A stretch of 64,000 bases of DNA from Eledone cirrhosa (GCA_964016885.1 OZ024751.1:43586001-43650000); one strand, 5' to 3'; counted from the first letter of the stretch, positions 26,494-42,699 are shown. Notes: generated by a model from the sequence alone, not told the origin. Made by a program: numbers and translations.

Positions 26494-29400
26494 GTAGCAC
26501 TGTTTATATATATATGTAGCACTGTTTATATATATATGTAGCACTGTATATATATATATGTAGCACAGTTTATATATATATAGCACTGTTTATATATATA
26601 TGTAGCACTGTTTATATATATATGTAGCACAGTTTATATATATGGCACTGTTTATATATATATGTAGCACAGTTTATATATATATGTAGCACTGTATATA
26701 TATATATATGTAGCACTGTATATATATATATATGTAGCACAGTTTATATATATATGTAGCACAGTTTATATATATATGTAGCACTGTTTATATATATATA
26801 TGTAGCACAGTTTATATATATATGTAGCACAGTTTATATATATATGTAGCACAGTTTATATATATGTAGCACAGTTTATATATATATGTAGCACAGTTTA
26901 TATATATGTAGCACAGTTTATATATATATGTAGCACAGTTTATATATATGTAGCACTGTTTATATATATATGGCACTGTTTATATATATATGTAGCACAG
27001 TTTATATATATGTAGCACTGTTTATATATATATATGTAGCACTGTTTATATATATATGTAGCACTGTTTATATATATATGTAGCACTGTTTATATATATA
27101 TGTAGCACTGTTTATATATATATGTAGCACTGTTTATATATATATATGTAGCACTGTTTATATATATATGTAGCACTGTTTATATATATATGTAGCACTG
27201 TTTATATATATATGTAGCACTGTTTATATATATATGTAGCACTGTTTATATATATATGTAGCACTGTTTATATATATATGTAGCACAGTTTATATATATA
27301 TATGTAGCACAGTTTATATATATATGTAGCACAGTTTATATATATATGTAGCACTGTTTATATATATATATGTAGCACTGTTTATATATATATATGTAGC
27401 ACTGTTTATATATATATATGTAGCACTGTTTATATATATATATGTAGCACAGTTTATATATATATATGTAGCACAGTTTATATATATATATGTAGCACAG
27501 TTTATATATATATATGTAGCACAGTTTATATATATATATATGTAGCACAGTTTATATATATATATGTAGCACTGTTTATATATATATATGTAGCACTGTT
27601 TATATATATATGTAGCACTATATATATATATATGTAGAACTGTTTATATATATATATATATATATATATAGCACAGTTTATATATATATATGTAGCACTG
27701 TTTATATATATATGTAGCACTGTTTATATATATATGTAGCACTGTTTATATATATATGTAGCACTGTTTATATATATATGTAGCACTGTTTATATATATA
27801 TATGTAGCACTGTTTATATATATATATGTAGCACTGTTTATATATATATATATGTAGCACAGTTTATATATATATATGTAGCACAGTTTATATATATATA
27901 TGTAGCACAGTTTATATATATATATGTAGCACAGTTTATATATATATATGTAGCACTGTATATATATATATATATATGTAGCACTGTTTATATATATATG
28001 TAGCACTGTTTATATATATATGTAGCACTGTTTATATATATATGTAGCACTGTTTATATATATATGTAGCACAGTTTATATATATATATGTAGCACTGTT
28101 TATATATATATGTAGCACTGTTTATATATATATGTAGCACTGTTTATATATATATGTAGCACAGTTTATATATATATGTAGCACAGTTTATATATATATA
28201 TGTAGCACAGTTTATATATATATATGTAGCACAGTTTATATATATATATGTAGCACTGTATATATATATATATATATGTAGCACTGTTTATATATATATG
28301 TAGCACTGTTTATATATATATGTAGCACTGTTTATATATATATGTAGCACAGTTTATATATATATATGTAGCACTGTTTATATATATATGTAGCACTGTT
28401 TATATATATATGTAGCACTGTTTATATATATATGTAGCACAGTTTATATATATATGTAGCACAGTTTATATATATATGTAGCACAGTTTATATATATATA
28501 TGTAGCACAGTTTATATATATATATGTAGCACTGTTTATATATATATGTAGCACTGTTTATATATATATGTAGCACTGTTTATATATATATATGTAGCAC
28601 TGTTTATATATATATATGTAGCACAGTTTATATATATATATGTAGCACAGTTTATATACATATATGTAGCACAGTTTATATATATATATGTAGCACTGTT
28701 TATATATATGTAGCACAGTTTATATATATATGTAGCACAGTTTATATATATATATGTAGCACAGTTTATATATATATATGTAGCACAGTTTATATATATA
28801 TATGTAGCACAGTTTATATATATATATGTAGCACAGTTTATATATATATATGTAGCACAGTTTATATATATATGTAGCACAGTTTATATATATATGTAGC
28901 ACAGTTTATATATATATGTAGCACAGTTTATATATATATGTAGTACAGTTTATATATATATGTAGCACTGTTTATATATATATGTAGCACTGTTTATATA
29001 TATATGTAGCACTGTTTATATATATATGTAGCACTGTTTATATATATATATGTAGCACTGTTTATATATATATATGTAGCACTGTTTATATATATATATG
29101 TAGCACTGTTTATATATATATATGTAGCACTGTTTATATATATATATGTAGCACTGTTTATATATATATATGTAGCACTGTTTATATATATATATGTAGC
29201 ACTGTTTATATATATATATGTAGCACTGTTTATATATATATATGTAGCACTGTTTATATATATATATATGTAGCACTGTTTATATATATATATGTAGCAC
29301 TGTTTATATATATATAGGTAGCACTGTTTATATATATATGTAGCACTGTTTATATATATATATATATATGTAGCACTGTATATATATATATGTAGCACAG

Positions 29401-32400
29401 TTTATATATATATATGTAGCACTGTATATATATATATGTAGCACAGTTTATATATATATATATGTAGCACAGTTTATATATATATGTAGCACAGTTTATA
29501 TATATATATGTAGCACAGTTTATATATATATATGTAGCACAGTTTATATATATATATGTAGCACAGTTTATATATATATATGTAGCACTGTTTATATATA
29601 TATATGTAGCACTGTTTATATATATATATGTAGCACTGTTTATATATATATGTAGCACTGTTTATATATATATATATGTAGCACTGTTTATATATATATA
29701 TATGTAGCACTGTTTATATATATATATATATGTAGCACTGTTTATATATATATATATATGTAGCACTGTTTATATATATATATATATATATAGCACTGTT
29801 TATATATATATATATATAGCACTGTTTATATATATATATATAGCACTGTTTATATATATATATATATAGCACTGTTTATATATATATATAGCACTGTTTA
29901 TATATATATATGTAGCACTGTTTATATATATATATATGTAGCACTGTATATATATATATGTAGCACTGTTTATATATATATGTAGCACTGTTTATATATA
30001 TATGTAGCACTGTTTATATATATATGTAGCACTGTTTATATATATATGTAGCACTGTTTATATATATATATGTAGCACTGTTTATATATATATGTAGCAC
30101 TGTTTATATATATGTAGCACTGTTTATATATATATATGTAGCACTGTTTATATATATATATATGTAGCACTGTTTATATATATATATGTAGCACTGTTTA
30201 TATATATATATATGTAGCACTGTTTATATATATATATATGTAGCACTGTTTATATATATATATATGTAGCACTGTTTATATATATATATATGTAGCACTG
30301 TTTATATATATATATGTAGCACTGTTTATATATATATGTAGCACTGTTTATATATATATATGTAGCACTGTTTATATATATATATATATGTAGCACTGTA
30401 TATATATATGTAGCACAGTTTATATATATATATGTAGCACTGTTTATATATATATATATATGTAGCACTGTATATATATATATGTAGCACTGTATATATA
30501 TATATGTAGCACAGTTTATATATATATATGTAGCACTGTATATATATATATGTAGCACAGTTTATATATATATATGTAGCACAGTTTATATATATATGTA
30601 GCACAGTTTATATATATGTAGCACAGTTTATATATATATATGTAGCACAGTTTATATATATATATGTAGCACTGTTTATATATATATATGTAGCACTGTT
30701 TATATATATGTAGCACTGTTTATATATATATATGTAGCACTGTTTATATATATATGTAGCACTGTTTATATATATGTAGCACTGTTTATATATATGTAGC
30801 ACTGTTTATATATATATGTAGCACTGTTTATATATATATATATAGCACAGTGTGTATATATATATGTAGCACTGTTTATATATATATATGTAGCACTGTT
30901 TATATATATGTAGCACTGTTTATATATATATGTAGCACTGTATATATATGTAGCACTGTATATATATGTAGCACTGTATATATATGTAGCACTGTTTATA
31001 TATATATGTAGCACTGTTTATATATATATGTAGCACTGTTTATATATATATGTAGCACTGTTTATATATATATGTAGCACTGTTTATATATATATGTAGC
31101 ACTGTTTATATATATATATATGTAGCACAGTTTATATATATGTAGCACTGTTTATATATATATGTAGCACTGTCTATATATATATGTAGCACTGTCTATA
31201 TATATATGTAGCACAGTTTATATATATATGTAGCACAGTTTATATATATATGTAGCATAGTTTATATATATATGTAGCACAGTTTATATATATATATGTA
31301 GCACAGTTTATATATATATATGTAGCACTGTTTATATATATATATGTAGCACTGTTTATATATATATATGTAGCACTGTTTATATATATATATATGTAGC
31401 ACTGTTTATATATATATATGTAGCACACTTTATATATATATATATGTAGCACTGTTTATATATATATATGTAGCACTGTTTATATATATATATGTAGCAC
31501 AGTTTATATATATATGTAGCACAGTTTATATATATATGTAGCACTGTTTATATATATATATGTAGCACTGTTTATATATATATATGTAGCACTGTTTATA
31601 TATATATATATGTAGCACTGTTTATATATATATATGTAGCACTGTTTATATATATATATGTAGCACTGTTTATATATATATATGTAGCACTGTATATATA
31701 TATATATGTAGCACTGTTTATATATATATGTAGCACTGTTTATATATATATGTAGCACTGTTTATATATATATGTAGCACTGTTTATATATATATGTAGC
31801 ATAGTTTATATATATATATGTAGCACTGTTTATATATATATGTAGCACTGTTTATATATATATGTAGCACTGTTTATATATATATGTAGCACTGTATATA
31901 TATATATATATATGTAGCACTGTTTATATATATATGTAGCACTGTTTATATATATATGTAGCACAGTTTCTATATATATATATGTAGCACAGTTTATATA
32001 TATATATATGTAGCACAGTTTATATATATATGTAGCACTGTTTATATATATATATATATGTAGCACTGTTTATATATATATGTAGCACTATATATATATA
32101 TGTAGAACTGTTTATATATATATATATATGTAGCACTGTTTATATATATATATATATGTAGCACTGTTTATATATATATGTAGCACTATATATATATATG
32201 TAGAACTGTTTATATATATATGTAGAACTGTTTATATATATATGTAGCACTGTTTATATATATATATGTAGCACTTTATATATATATATATAGCACAGTT
32301 TATATATATATATATATAGCACAGTTTATATATATATATATAGCACAGTTTATATATATATATATATATATAGCACTGTTTATATATATATATGTAGCAC

Positions 32401-32959
32401 TGTTTATATATATATGTAGCACTGTTTATATATATATGTAGCACTGTTTATATATATATATATGTAGCACTGTTTATATATATATATATGTAGCACTGTT
32501 TATATATATATGTAGCACAGTTTATATATATATGTAGCACTGTTTATATATATATGTAGCACTGTTTATATATATATATGTAGCACTGTTTATATATATA
32601 TATGTACCACAGTTTATATATATATATATGTAGCACTGTTTATATATATATGTAGCACTGTTTATATATATATGTAGCACAGTTTATATATATATGTAGC
32701 ACTGTTTATATATATATATAGCACAGTTTATATATATATATAGCACAGTTTATATATATATGTAGCACTGTTTATATATATATATATATGTAGCACTGTT
32801 TATATATATATATGTAGCACTCTTTATATATATATGTAGCACAGTTTATATATATATGTAGCACTGTTTATATATATATATGTAGCACTGTTTATATATA
32901 TAAATGTAGCACCGTTTATATATATATATATAGCACAGTGTATATATGTATGTAGCACT

Positions 32960-33005
<46 letters not shown>

Positions 33006-34475
33006 CACAGTTTATATATATATGTAGCACAGTTTATATATATATATGTAGCACTGTTTATATATATATGTAGCACTGTTTATATATATATATATATATA
33101 TATGTAGCACTGTTTATATATATATATATATATGTAGCACTGTTTATATATATATGTAGCACTGTTTATATATATATGTAGCACAGTTTATATATATATA
33201 TGTAGCACAGTTTATATATATATATATATGTAGCACAGTTTATATATATATATGTAGCACTGTTTATATATATATATGTAGCACTGTTTATATATATATA
33301 TGTAGCACTGTTTATATATATATGTAGCACAGTTTATATATATATATGTAGCACTGTTTATATATATATATGTAGCACTGTTTATATATATATATGTAGC
33401 ACAGTTTATATATATATATGTAGCACTGTTTATATATATATATATGTAGCACAGTTTATATATATATATGTAGCACAGTTTATATATATGTAGCACAGTT
33501 TATATATATATGTAGCACTGTTTATATATATATATGTAGCACTGTTTATATATATATATATATGTAGCACTGTTTATATATATATATGTAGCACTGTTTA
33601 TATATATATATGTAGCACTGTTTATATATATATATGTAGCATAGTTTATATATATATATGTAGCACTGTTTATATATATATATATAGCACAGTTTATATA
33701 TATATATAGCACTGTTTATATATATATGTAGCACTGTTTATATATATATGTAGCACTGTTTATATATATATATATGTAGCACTGTTTATATATATATGTA
33801 GCACAGTTTATATATATGTAGCACAGTTTATATATATATGTAGCACTGTTTATATATATATGTAGCACTGTTTATATATATATATGTAGCACTGTTTATA
33901 TATATATATGTAGCACAGTTTATATATATATATGTAGCACTGTTTATATATATATATGTAGCACTGTTTATATATATATATATGTAGCACTGTTTATATA
34001 TATATATGTAGCACAGTTTATATATATATATGTAGCACTGTTTATATATATATATGTAGCACTGTTTATATATATATATAGCACAGTTTATATATATATA
34101 TAGCACTGTTTATATATATATGTAGCACTGTTTATATATATATGTAGCACTGTTTATATATATATATATGTAGCACTGTTTATATATATATGTAGCACAG
34201 TTTATATATATATATATGTAGCACTGTTTATATATATATGTAGCACTGTTTATATATATATATGTAGCACTGTTTATATATATGTAGCACTGTTTATATA
34301 TATATATGTAGCACAGTTTATATATATATATGTAGCACTGTTTATATATATGTAGCACTGTTTATATATATATATGTAGCACAGTTTATATATATATATG
34401 CAGCACTGTTTATATATATATATATGTAGCACTGTTTATATATATATATATGTAGCACTGTTTATATATATATGT
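26494..34475. repeat. ~8-kb compound satellite GTAGCAC(T/A)GTTT(AT)n, unit mostly 20-26 bp
   Basis: Roughly 340-350 units (estimated from length); two further units at 24857-24913 on the far side of the RTE. Confidence 0.97.
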
Positions 34476-34595
34476 AAACAACATTGTTTCATTGGTCAAG
34501 AGGTGCTTCTTATTTTACATTTTTTATTGACCAATCATATCGCAATAAATAGAAATAAGTAGGGGAAGAAAAACAAGTATTTAAAAAAAAAAACT

Positions 34596-34920
34596 ATGAC
34601 AGTCACCATCAGCATTATCATCATCATCATCATTATCATCTTCATCATCATCATTACCATCAGCATTACTTCCATCATCACCATCACTACCATCATCATC
34701 ATAGCCACCATTATCATGACCAGCGGCAGTATTACTACCATCATCATCATTACCACCACCACCACCACCACCACCATCATCATTTCCATCAGTATTACCT
34801 CCATCATCATGCTTATCACCGTTATCATCACTATCACCAGCATCATTATCATAAATACCGCCACCATTACCATTGTCATCACCACTACTACCACACCACC
34901 ATCATCATCATCATTATTAT
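34596..34920. repeat. (CAT/CAC) trinucleotide low-complexity tract
   Basis: Degenerate catcat/caccac. Confidence 0.85.
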
Positions 34921-35130
34921 TGTTTTACTGGCCACTTCTGTTGGCATTTGGCATTTGTTGGGTGTGCAATAAACACATAATTTATTATTTAAGAGCCAAC
35001 AGAGAGGACTACAGGACTTGAGAGAGAGGACTACAGGACTTGAGAGAGAGACAGGAAATATTTCATAGTTTTTAGGATCAATAAACAGATAGACAAATAT
35101 GGTGATTCAGAAATATGGAATGGAACTAAA

Positions 35131-35720
35131 GTGGTGGCTTGGAGTGGTGTTTACAGTGGTGGCTTGGAGTGGTGTTTATAGTGGTGGCATGGAGTGGTGT
35201 TTATAGTGGTGGCTTGGAGTGGTGTTTATAGCGATGGCTTGGAGTGGTGTTTATAACAGTGGCTTGGAGTGGTGTTTATAGTGGTGGCTTGGAGTGGTGT
35301 TTATAGCGATGGCTTGGAGTGGTGTTTATAACAGTGGCTTGGAGTGGTGTTTATAGTGGTGGCTTGGAGTGGTGTTTATAGTGGTGGCATGGAGTGGTGT
35401 TTATAGCGATGGCTTGGAGTGGTGTTTATAGTGGTGGCTTGGAGTGGTGTTTATAGCGATGGCTTGGAGTGGTGTTTATAGTGGTGGCATGGAGTGGTGT
35501 TTATAGTGGTGGCTTGGAGTGGTGTTTATAGCGATGGCTTGGAGTGGTGTTTATAGTGATGGCTTGGAGTGGTGTTTATAGCAGTGGCTTGGAGTGGTGT
35601 TTATAGCAGTGGCTTGGAGTGGTCTTTATAGCAGTGGCTTGGAGTGGTCTTTATAGCAGTGGCTTGGAGTGGTGTTTATAGCAGTGGCTTGGAGTGGTGT
35701 TTACAGTGGTAGCTTGGAGT
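35131..35720. repeat. 25-bp minisatellite, ~23 units
   Basis: gtggtggcttggagtggtgtttata with variants. Confidence 0.95.
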
Positions 35721-35941
35721 ATACATATATATATATATATACTGTAAAGAGAATGACCAAAGGTTTTACACCTAGAAGGTTCCCTTCCAAGGTACAAACA
35801 AACCCAGATTAGGTACTTCTGTGGAGGACCATCAGTTGGTCATACATACCAGCTCCCTTCTCCTCTCTACAGATGTTCTCAAAGGCCAATACAGCTTGGA
35901 ACCAGTAACGTTGCAACTCATTTCTCTTGCTGAGTGAACTA

Positions 35942-35989
<48 letters not shown>

Positions 35990-35996
<7 letters not shown>

Positions 35997-36624
35997 TAGA
36001 AATAAGAGGGATCAGATGTTGTTTACTCGAGAGAAGGCTACGTTGGTATGGTCACATGATGCGCATGAAGGACGATAGCTGTATAACAAAGTGCAGGGCA
36101 ATAAAGATAGACGGTAGCCACGGAATAGGCAGACCCAGAAAAACCTGGGACGAGCTGATAAATTCCGACCTCACACACTTACACCTCACCAAGACAATGT
36201 CACTGGACCGAGACCTTTGGCGGTACTCAGTAATAAAGAAGACCCGCCTTACCTAAATACAAAGTAAAACCTACTACAGTCAGTAGGCATCTCTAACAAA
36301 ATACACCCCCACCCCATCCACACCGCCCCTTTCAATGTAAAGTTATGTTGGTGCCACAACATCCAGGCCGAAACAAATGAGATTGTGTAGGTGTCACGTC
36401 AAAAAAACACACAGTTCACGCTGTAATGTGGCCGTGTAGGCAACACGGTAAAAACCTCCCAGCCCCACACTGTAAATGTGGTTGGTGTTAGGAAGGGCAT
36501 CCAGCTGTAGAAAACCCGCCAGATAGTCCTATGCGAGCAAGATAACCACTCTTGCCTCAAGTGGGAAAACCCTCCGTCCAAACCCATGCAAGCATGGAAC
36601 ACGGACGTTAAATGATGATGATGA

Positions 36625-36628
<4 letters not shown>
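35990..36628 (+). mobile_element. RTE family 1, 3' fragment
   Basis: [22 protein letters not shown]...KTRLT, 3' UTR and tail; (TA)n on both sides. Confidence 0.95.
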
Positions 36629-36672
<44 letters not shown>

Positions 36673-36677
<5 letters not shown>

Positions 36678-36901
36678 ATATTAATAAAGGGAAACTATAT
36701 TTATAAAACCATATTTATTTTATTATACATATTTCAAGGTGACCCTTGAAATATGTATAATAAAATAAATATGGTTTTATAAATACAGTTTCCATTTATT
36801 AATATATTGTGTATTTACTCCACTAATCTGTTGAGTGCTTTATATCAGTTATAAAAAGTTTTAAGCTTGTTGAATCCCAACAAATTAAATATAACCTCTG
36901 C
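36673..36901 (+). mobile_element. Fold-back element, family A copy 2 (3' half of hammerhead only)
   Basis: 67-bp arms 36673-36739/36744-36810, 4-nt loop inside stem II, GAAAtatgtaTAataaaata retained, 91-bp tail. Confidence 0.85.
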
Positions 36902-36923
36902 ATATATATATATATATATCTCA

Positions 36924-36985
<62 letters not shown>

Positions 36986-37059
36986 TGAGATATATCATCA
37001 TCATCATTTTAACGTCCAGCTTTCCTTGCTTGCAAGGGTGGGACCATATATGTATATAT

Positions 37060-37331
37060 GTGTGTGTGCGTGTGTATACAGAAGTGTGTGTACATATATT
37101 TATATATATAGAAGTGTGTGTGTATATAGATGTGTGTGTGTATTTAGAAGTGTGTGTGTATGTATATATGGAAGTGTGTATATATATATATAGAAGTGTG
37201 TGTGTGTGTGTATATAGATGTGTGTGTATTTAGAAGTGTGCGTGTATGTATATATGGAAGTGTGTATATATATATATATATAGAAGTGTGTGTGTGTGTA
37301 TATAGAAGTGTGCGTGTATGTATATATGAAA

Positions 37332-37377
<46 letters not shown>

Positions 37378-37421
37378 GTTTGTGTGTGTATTTAAAAGTG
37401 TGCGTGTATGTATATATGAAA

Positions 37422-37466
<45 letters not shown>

Positions 37467-37584
37467 AAGGGCGGTGCCCCAGCATGGTCTCAGCCGGATG
37501 GCTGAAACAGGTAAAAGAGTAAAAGAGTATATATAGAAGTGTGTGTGTGTGTATATAGAAATGTGCGTGTATGTATATATGAAA

Positions 37585-37628
<44 letters not shown>

Positions 37629-37780
37629 GTGTGTGTGTGTATATAGATGTGTGTGTGTATGTATATATGGAAGTGTGTATATATATAGAAGTGTGTGTGT
37701 GTGTATGTATATATGGAAGTGTGTATATATATATATAGAATTGTGTGTGTGTGTATGTATATATAGAAGTGTGTGTGTGT
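37060..37780. repeat. Degenerate tatagaag(tg)n compound repeat
   Basis: Recurring gaagtgtgtg separated by (TA)n. Confidence 0.85.
37465..37528 (+). mobile_element. Short retroposon 3' tail with (gtaaaaga) terminal repeat
   Basis: ggtgccccagcatgg..cagcc..ggctgaaacag then gtaaaaga twice, in (TA)n; hairpin plus short tandem tail as in CR1/L2-type ends. Confidence 0.5.
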
Positions 37781-37884
37781 TAATGGTTCCTTCTATTCTA
37801 CCATATTAATTGTGTTTGTGTTTCTCATCAGTAAGCCCAAACAAGAATCTCTATTAAAATGACTAACATGTCCTGAAATTCCAT

Positions 37885-39950
37885 GGATCACCACCACCAC
37901 CACCACAATCACCAACATCATCATCACCAGCACCACAATCACCATCATCATCATCATCATCATCATCATCACCTCCACAATCACCAACATCATCATCACC
38001 ACCTCCTCCACAATCACCATCATCATCATCATCATCATCATCACCACAATCACCATCATCACCATCATCATCAACATCATTGCCATCACCATCATCCCCA
38101 TCATCAACATCATTGCCATCATCATCATCATCATCACCACCACCATCATCATCACCACCACCATAATTGCCATCATCACCACCATCATTGCCATCATCAC
38201 CACAATCATCATCACCACCATCATCATCACCACCATCACTATTGCTTTCATCATCACCACCACCACCATCATCACCACCATCATCACCATTATCACCGTC
38301 AACATCACTACCATCACCACCACCACCACCATCATCACCATTATCACGGTCAACATCACTACCACCATCACCACCACCACCACCATCATCACCACCATCA
38401 CGGTCAACATCACTACCATCATCACCACCACCACCACCACCACCACCACCATCATCACCACCATCACGGTCAACATCACTACCATCATCACTACCACCAT
38501 CACCACCACCACCACCATCATCACCACCATCATCACCATTATCACGGTCAACATCACTACCATCACCACCACCACCACCATCATCACCACCATCACGGTC
38601 AACATCACTACCATCACCACCACCACCACCATCACCACCACCATCACGGTCAACATCACTACCATCACCACCACCACCACCATCATCACCACCATCACGG
38701 TCAACATCACTACCATCACCACCACCACCACCATCACCATTATCACGGTCAACATCACTACCATCATCACTACCATCATCACCACCACCACCATCATCAC
38801 CACCATCACGGTCAACATCACTACCATCATCACTACCACCATCACCACCACCACCATCATCACCACCATCACGGTCAACATCACTACCATCATCACCACC
38901 ACCACCATCATCACCACCATCACGGTCAACATCACTACCATCACCACCACCACCACCATCATCACCACCATCACGGTCAACATCACTACCACCATCACCA
39001 CCACCATCACCACCACCACCACCATCATCACCATTATCACGGTCAACATCACTACCATCACCACCACCACCACCATCATCACCACCATCACGGTCAACAT
39101 CACTACCACCATCACCACCACCATCACCACCACCACCACCATCATCACCATTATCACGGTCAACATCACTACCATCACCACCACCACCACCATCACCACC
39201 ACCATCACGGTCAACATCACTACCATCACCACCACCACCACCATCATCACCACCATCACGGTCAACATCACTACCATCACCACCACCACCACCATCACCA
39301 TTATCACGGTCAACATCACTACCATCATCACTACCATCATCACCACCACCACCATCATCACCACCATCACGGTCAACATCACTACCATCATCACTACCAC
39401 CATCACCACCACCATCACGGTCAACATCACTACCATCACCACCACCACCACCATCATCACCACCATCACGGTCAACATCACTACCATCATCACTACCACC
39501 ATCACCACCACCACCATCATCACCATTATCACGGTCAACATCACTACCACCATCACCACCACCACCACCATCATCACCACCATCACGGTCAACATCACTA
39601 CCATCATCACCACCACCACCATCATCACCACCATCACGGTCAACATCACTACCATCATCACTACCACCATCACCACCACCACCATCATCACCATTATCAC
39701 GGTCAACATCACTACACTACCACCATCACCACCACCACCATCATCACCATTATCACGGTCAACATCACTACCATCATCACCACCACCACCATCATCACCA
39801 CCATCACGGTCAACATCACTACCATCACCACCACCACCACCATCATCACCATTATCACGGTCAACATCACTACCATCATCACCACCACCACCATCATCAC
39901 CATTATCATGGTCAACATCACCATCACTACCACCATCACCATCATCATCA
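37885..39950. repeat. (CAC/CAT) tract with ggtcaacatcacta-anchored minisatellite
   Basis: About 30 anchors from ~38300 to ~39915 separated by variable trinucleotide runs. Confidence 0.93.
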
Positions 39951-40341
39951 TAAACATCTAGGTGTCTTCATAGATATAACAGCAGCAGCAGCAGCAGCAT
40001 ATGTCCGAAATATTTGTGTTAGTGCTCTCTTCTCACCACAGTCGGACAGTTTGGCCTCTACCTCCTGCCCTCCCTCCCTAGATACCTCACAGTCTCTCTA
40101 CCTATCTCTCTCTATACCTTTCTCCTCTCCCCCTCTCTCTCTTTCCACCTACCTCTCTATTCCAACTGACCTCACTCTCACTAATAATATCTCCAACTTA
40201 ACACACCACCACCCACGCCATACCTTCATTTCCTTTTCTCTTCTCTTTTCCTATTATAATCAATCTCTTTCTCCCCTCTCCACTCCCCTTCCACTCACTC
40301 TTCTCTATATGTATGTATGTACATATACATATACATGTATA

Positions 40342-40378
<37 letters not shown>

Positions 40379-40481
40379 GATTATGTATGCATATGTGTGT
40401 ATGTATGTATATATATATATATATATATGCATATATGTGTGTATATATCTATATATATATATATATGCATATGTGTGTATG

Positions 40482-40521
<40 letters not shown>

Positions 40522-40596
40522 TTGGTCTATATCACTCACTTTCTCTTCTCTCTCTCCCTCTCTCACACACACTGGATGTGTGTGTGTGTGTATATG

Positions 40597-40630
<34 letters not shown>

Positions 40631-40899
40631 ACCATTATATCAGTTGGTCCATATCTCTCTACATATACATTTCAGTGTTACTCTCTTTATCTTTCAATAT
40701 TTCTATCTGTCCATCTCCCCCCCCTCTCACTCTCAATTACTCCACATGTATTTCTCTCCACCCCACCACCACACCACCACCACCACCACCAATGCCACCA
40801 TTTCCTGTCTATTGTGAAAACATAACTCACCAATATCACATGGCTTTCATAATTCCATCTCTATCAGCCATTCTGTTTCATTATTAGTATTATTATTAT

Positions 40900-41066
40900 A
40901 GGGCCGGACGCCATGCTTTGACGCATAGAGTCACGGCCCTTGCCATTCTGAGTTCAAATCCCGCTGAGGTTAACTTTTTGCCTTTCATCCTTACGGGGTC
41001 GATAAAATAAAGTACCAGTAATGCACTGGTTAATTGCTGGCCTTGTGCCTAAAGTAGAAACAATTA
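40900..41066 (+). mobile_element. SINE family 2, 5'-truncated
   Basis: B box gagttcaaatcc and gcctttcatccttacggggtcgataaaat. Confidence 0.85.
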
Positions 41067-41078
41067 TATATAAGAAAC

Positions 41079-41109
<31 letters not shown>

Positions 41110-41117
41110 GATGTGAG

Positions 41118-41315
41118 GTAGATTGGCAGTATTGGTAGAGCTTCGGACAACATGCTTTCAGGAATATAGTTAATGCTCTTTTCATTCTGAGTTCAAATCT
41201 TGCCAAAGTTAGCTTTGCCTTTCATCCTTACAGGGTCAATAAAATAAAGTAGTAATAATGCACAGGGGTCAGTCTAATTGACTTCCTCTTGTTGGCCGTG
41301 TCTAAATCAGAAACC
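41118..41315 (+). mobile_element. SINE family 2, older copy
   Basis: tggcagtattggtagag...gagttcaaatct...gcctttcatccttacagggtcaataaaat. Confidence 0.8.
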
Positions 41316-41609
41316 TTTATTGTTGTTGTTGATCTGGTTTAAATGTTAAAGGGTTAAATACTAAAGGGTTAATGTCTGTTTTCCCTGCTAGATTGGTTGG
41401 TCATCACAAACCAAGTCAGTTCTTAATCAGAGTCACTGACCTCACAGACTGGCTTGGACCTCACCTTACATACATACCCTCAAAGCAAGTCAGTTCTTAA
41501 TCGGAATCACTGACCTCACAGACTGGCTTGGACCTCACCTTGCATACATACCCACATTCCTACAGTCTATGGAATGTGTTGTGTATTTTCATAATTGAAC
41601 CAGCATTAA

Positions 41610-41801
41610 CTCTTTAGTATTTAAACCAGCTATATCCGGCTAGAATTCTCTCACCTCTTTCTATTCAAACCAGCCATAACTGGCCACTCATACTAACAAA
41701 ATGAATAATAACATTATCAAAATCTCATAGATTCCCATATTATGTGAGATAAAGCTTTTATCATGAAAATATAATAATAGAGTAATGTGAATGCTACAAA
41801 G
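41610..41801. mobile_element. piggyBac-like MITE, diverged
   Basis: TTAA on both sides; reverse-complement homologue of 60651-61063 without the SINE. Confidence 0.65.
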
Positions 41802-41819
41802 TTAAAGAGGTTGTCATGT

Positions 41820-42220
41820 CACTACTAAAAAGTTCTCTCTCTAACCCAGTAAGGTTCAGTATTCTGAGATCAGCTCTTACCACTTCTCTCCAGCTTTTCC
41901 TCAGTCTCCCTCTTCAGCAGCTTTCTCCCACTAGGAAGTCAGGGCACCTTTTCCAGCTAATAATTGTCTCCATTTCATGTCCATACCAGTGCAATCTTTT
42001 CTTTTGCACACTCATTCCTCTAATACATCTCATTCCTCTAGTGCCCATTTTTTCCTGTTGGCTCATCCCAGCTTCACTGTTCATACACATTGACATCATA
42101 CACCCATCAAAGTATGCTTGCTCCAGCCTTCACATATCCTCTATATTCACTGCCAATGTCACGTTACCAGACAACTTCACACATTACATGAAGACCATCA
42201 TAAAGTTGGTCTTTCATTCT
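41820..42220 (-). mobile_element. Old RTE remnant
   Basis: IRGMSVQKKRLHWYGH on the minus strand, decayed. Confidence 0.7.
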
Positions 42221-42279
42221 TAGAGAGGTTTGCTGTAAACCGGTTTTAAAGTGGAGTTTACATTTTGTCGCATACTAAC

Positions 42280-42610
42280 ATTACCACCAATTCCACTACC
42301 AACACCACCACTACGAACACCAACATTACCACCACCACCACTACCAACACCATCACCAACACCATCACCACCACACCCACCACCAACACTACCACCACCA
42401 CCATCACCACCACTACCAACACCACCATCACCACCACCACCAACACCACTTCCACCACTACCAACACCAACACTACCACCAGCACCACTACCAACACCAT
42501 CACCACCACCACCAACACTACCACCACCACCACCACCATCACCACCACTCACCAATACCACTACCACCACCACTCACCAATACCACTACCACCACTACCA
42601 ACACTACCTC
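42280..42610. repeat. (CCA)-type trinucleotide tract
   Basis: Degenerate accacc/accaac. Confidence 0.85.
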
Positions 42611-42699
42611 TACCTGACACTCTTCCTAACTAACATTGTATGTTTTTCTATTCCCTCTCCAATATTACCAGGGTAGGAGGAATAGATGAGTGGTGAGGG

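Noticed and set aside
26494-34475. CRISPR-like alternation of a constant 12-mer with variable spacers
   Set aside because: Spacers are only (AT)n length variants; no cas genes; eukaryotic context
37826-37833. Other isolated CTGANGA matches (also near 21572, 22214, 51594)
   Set aside because: No flanking stems or correctly placed GAAA...UH
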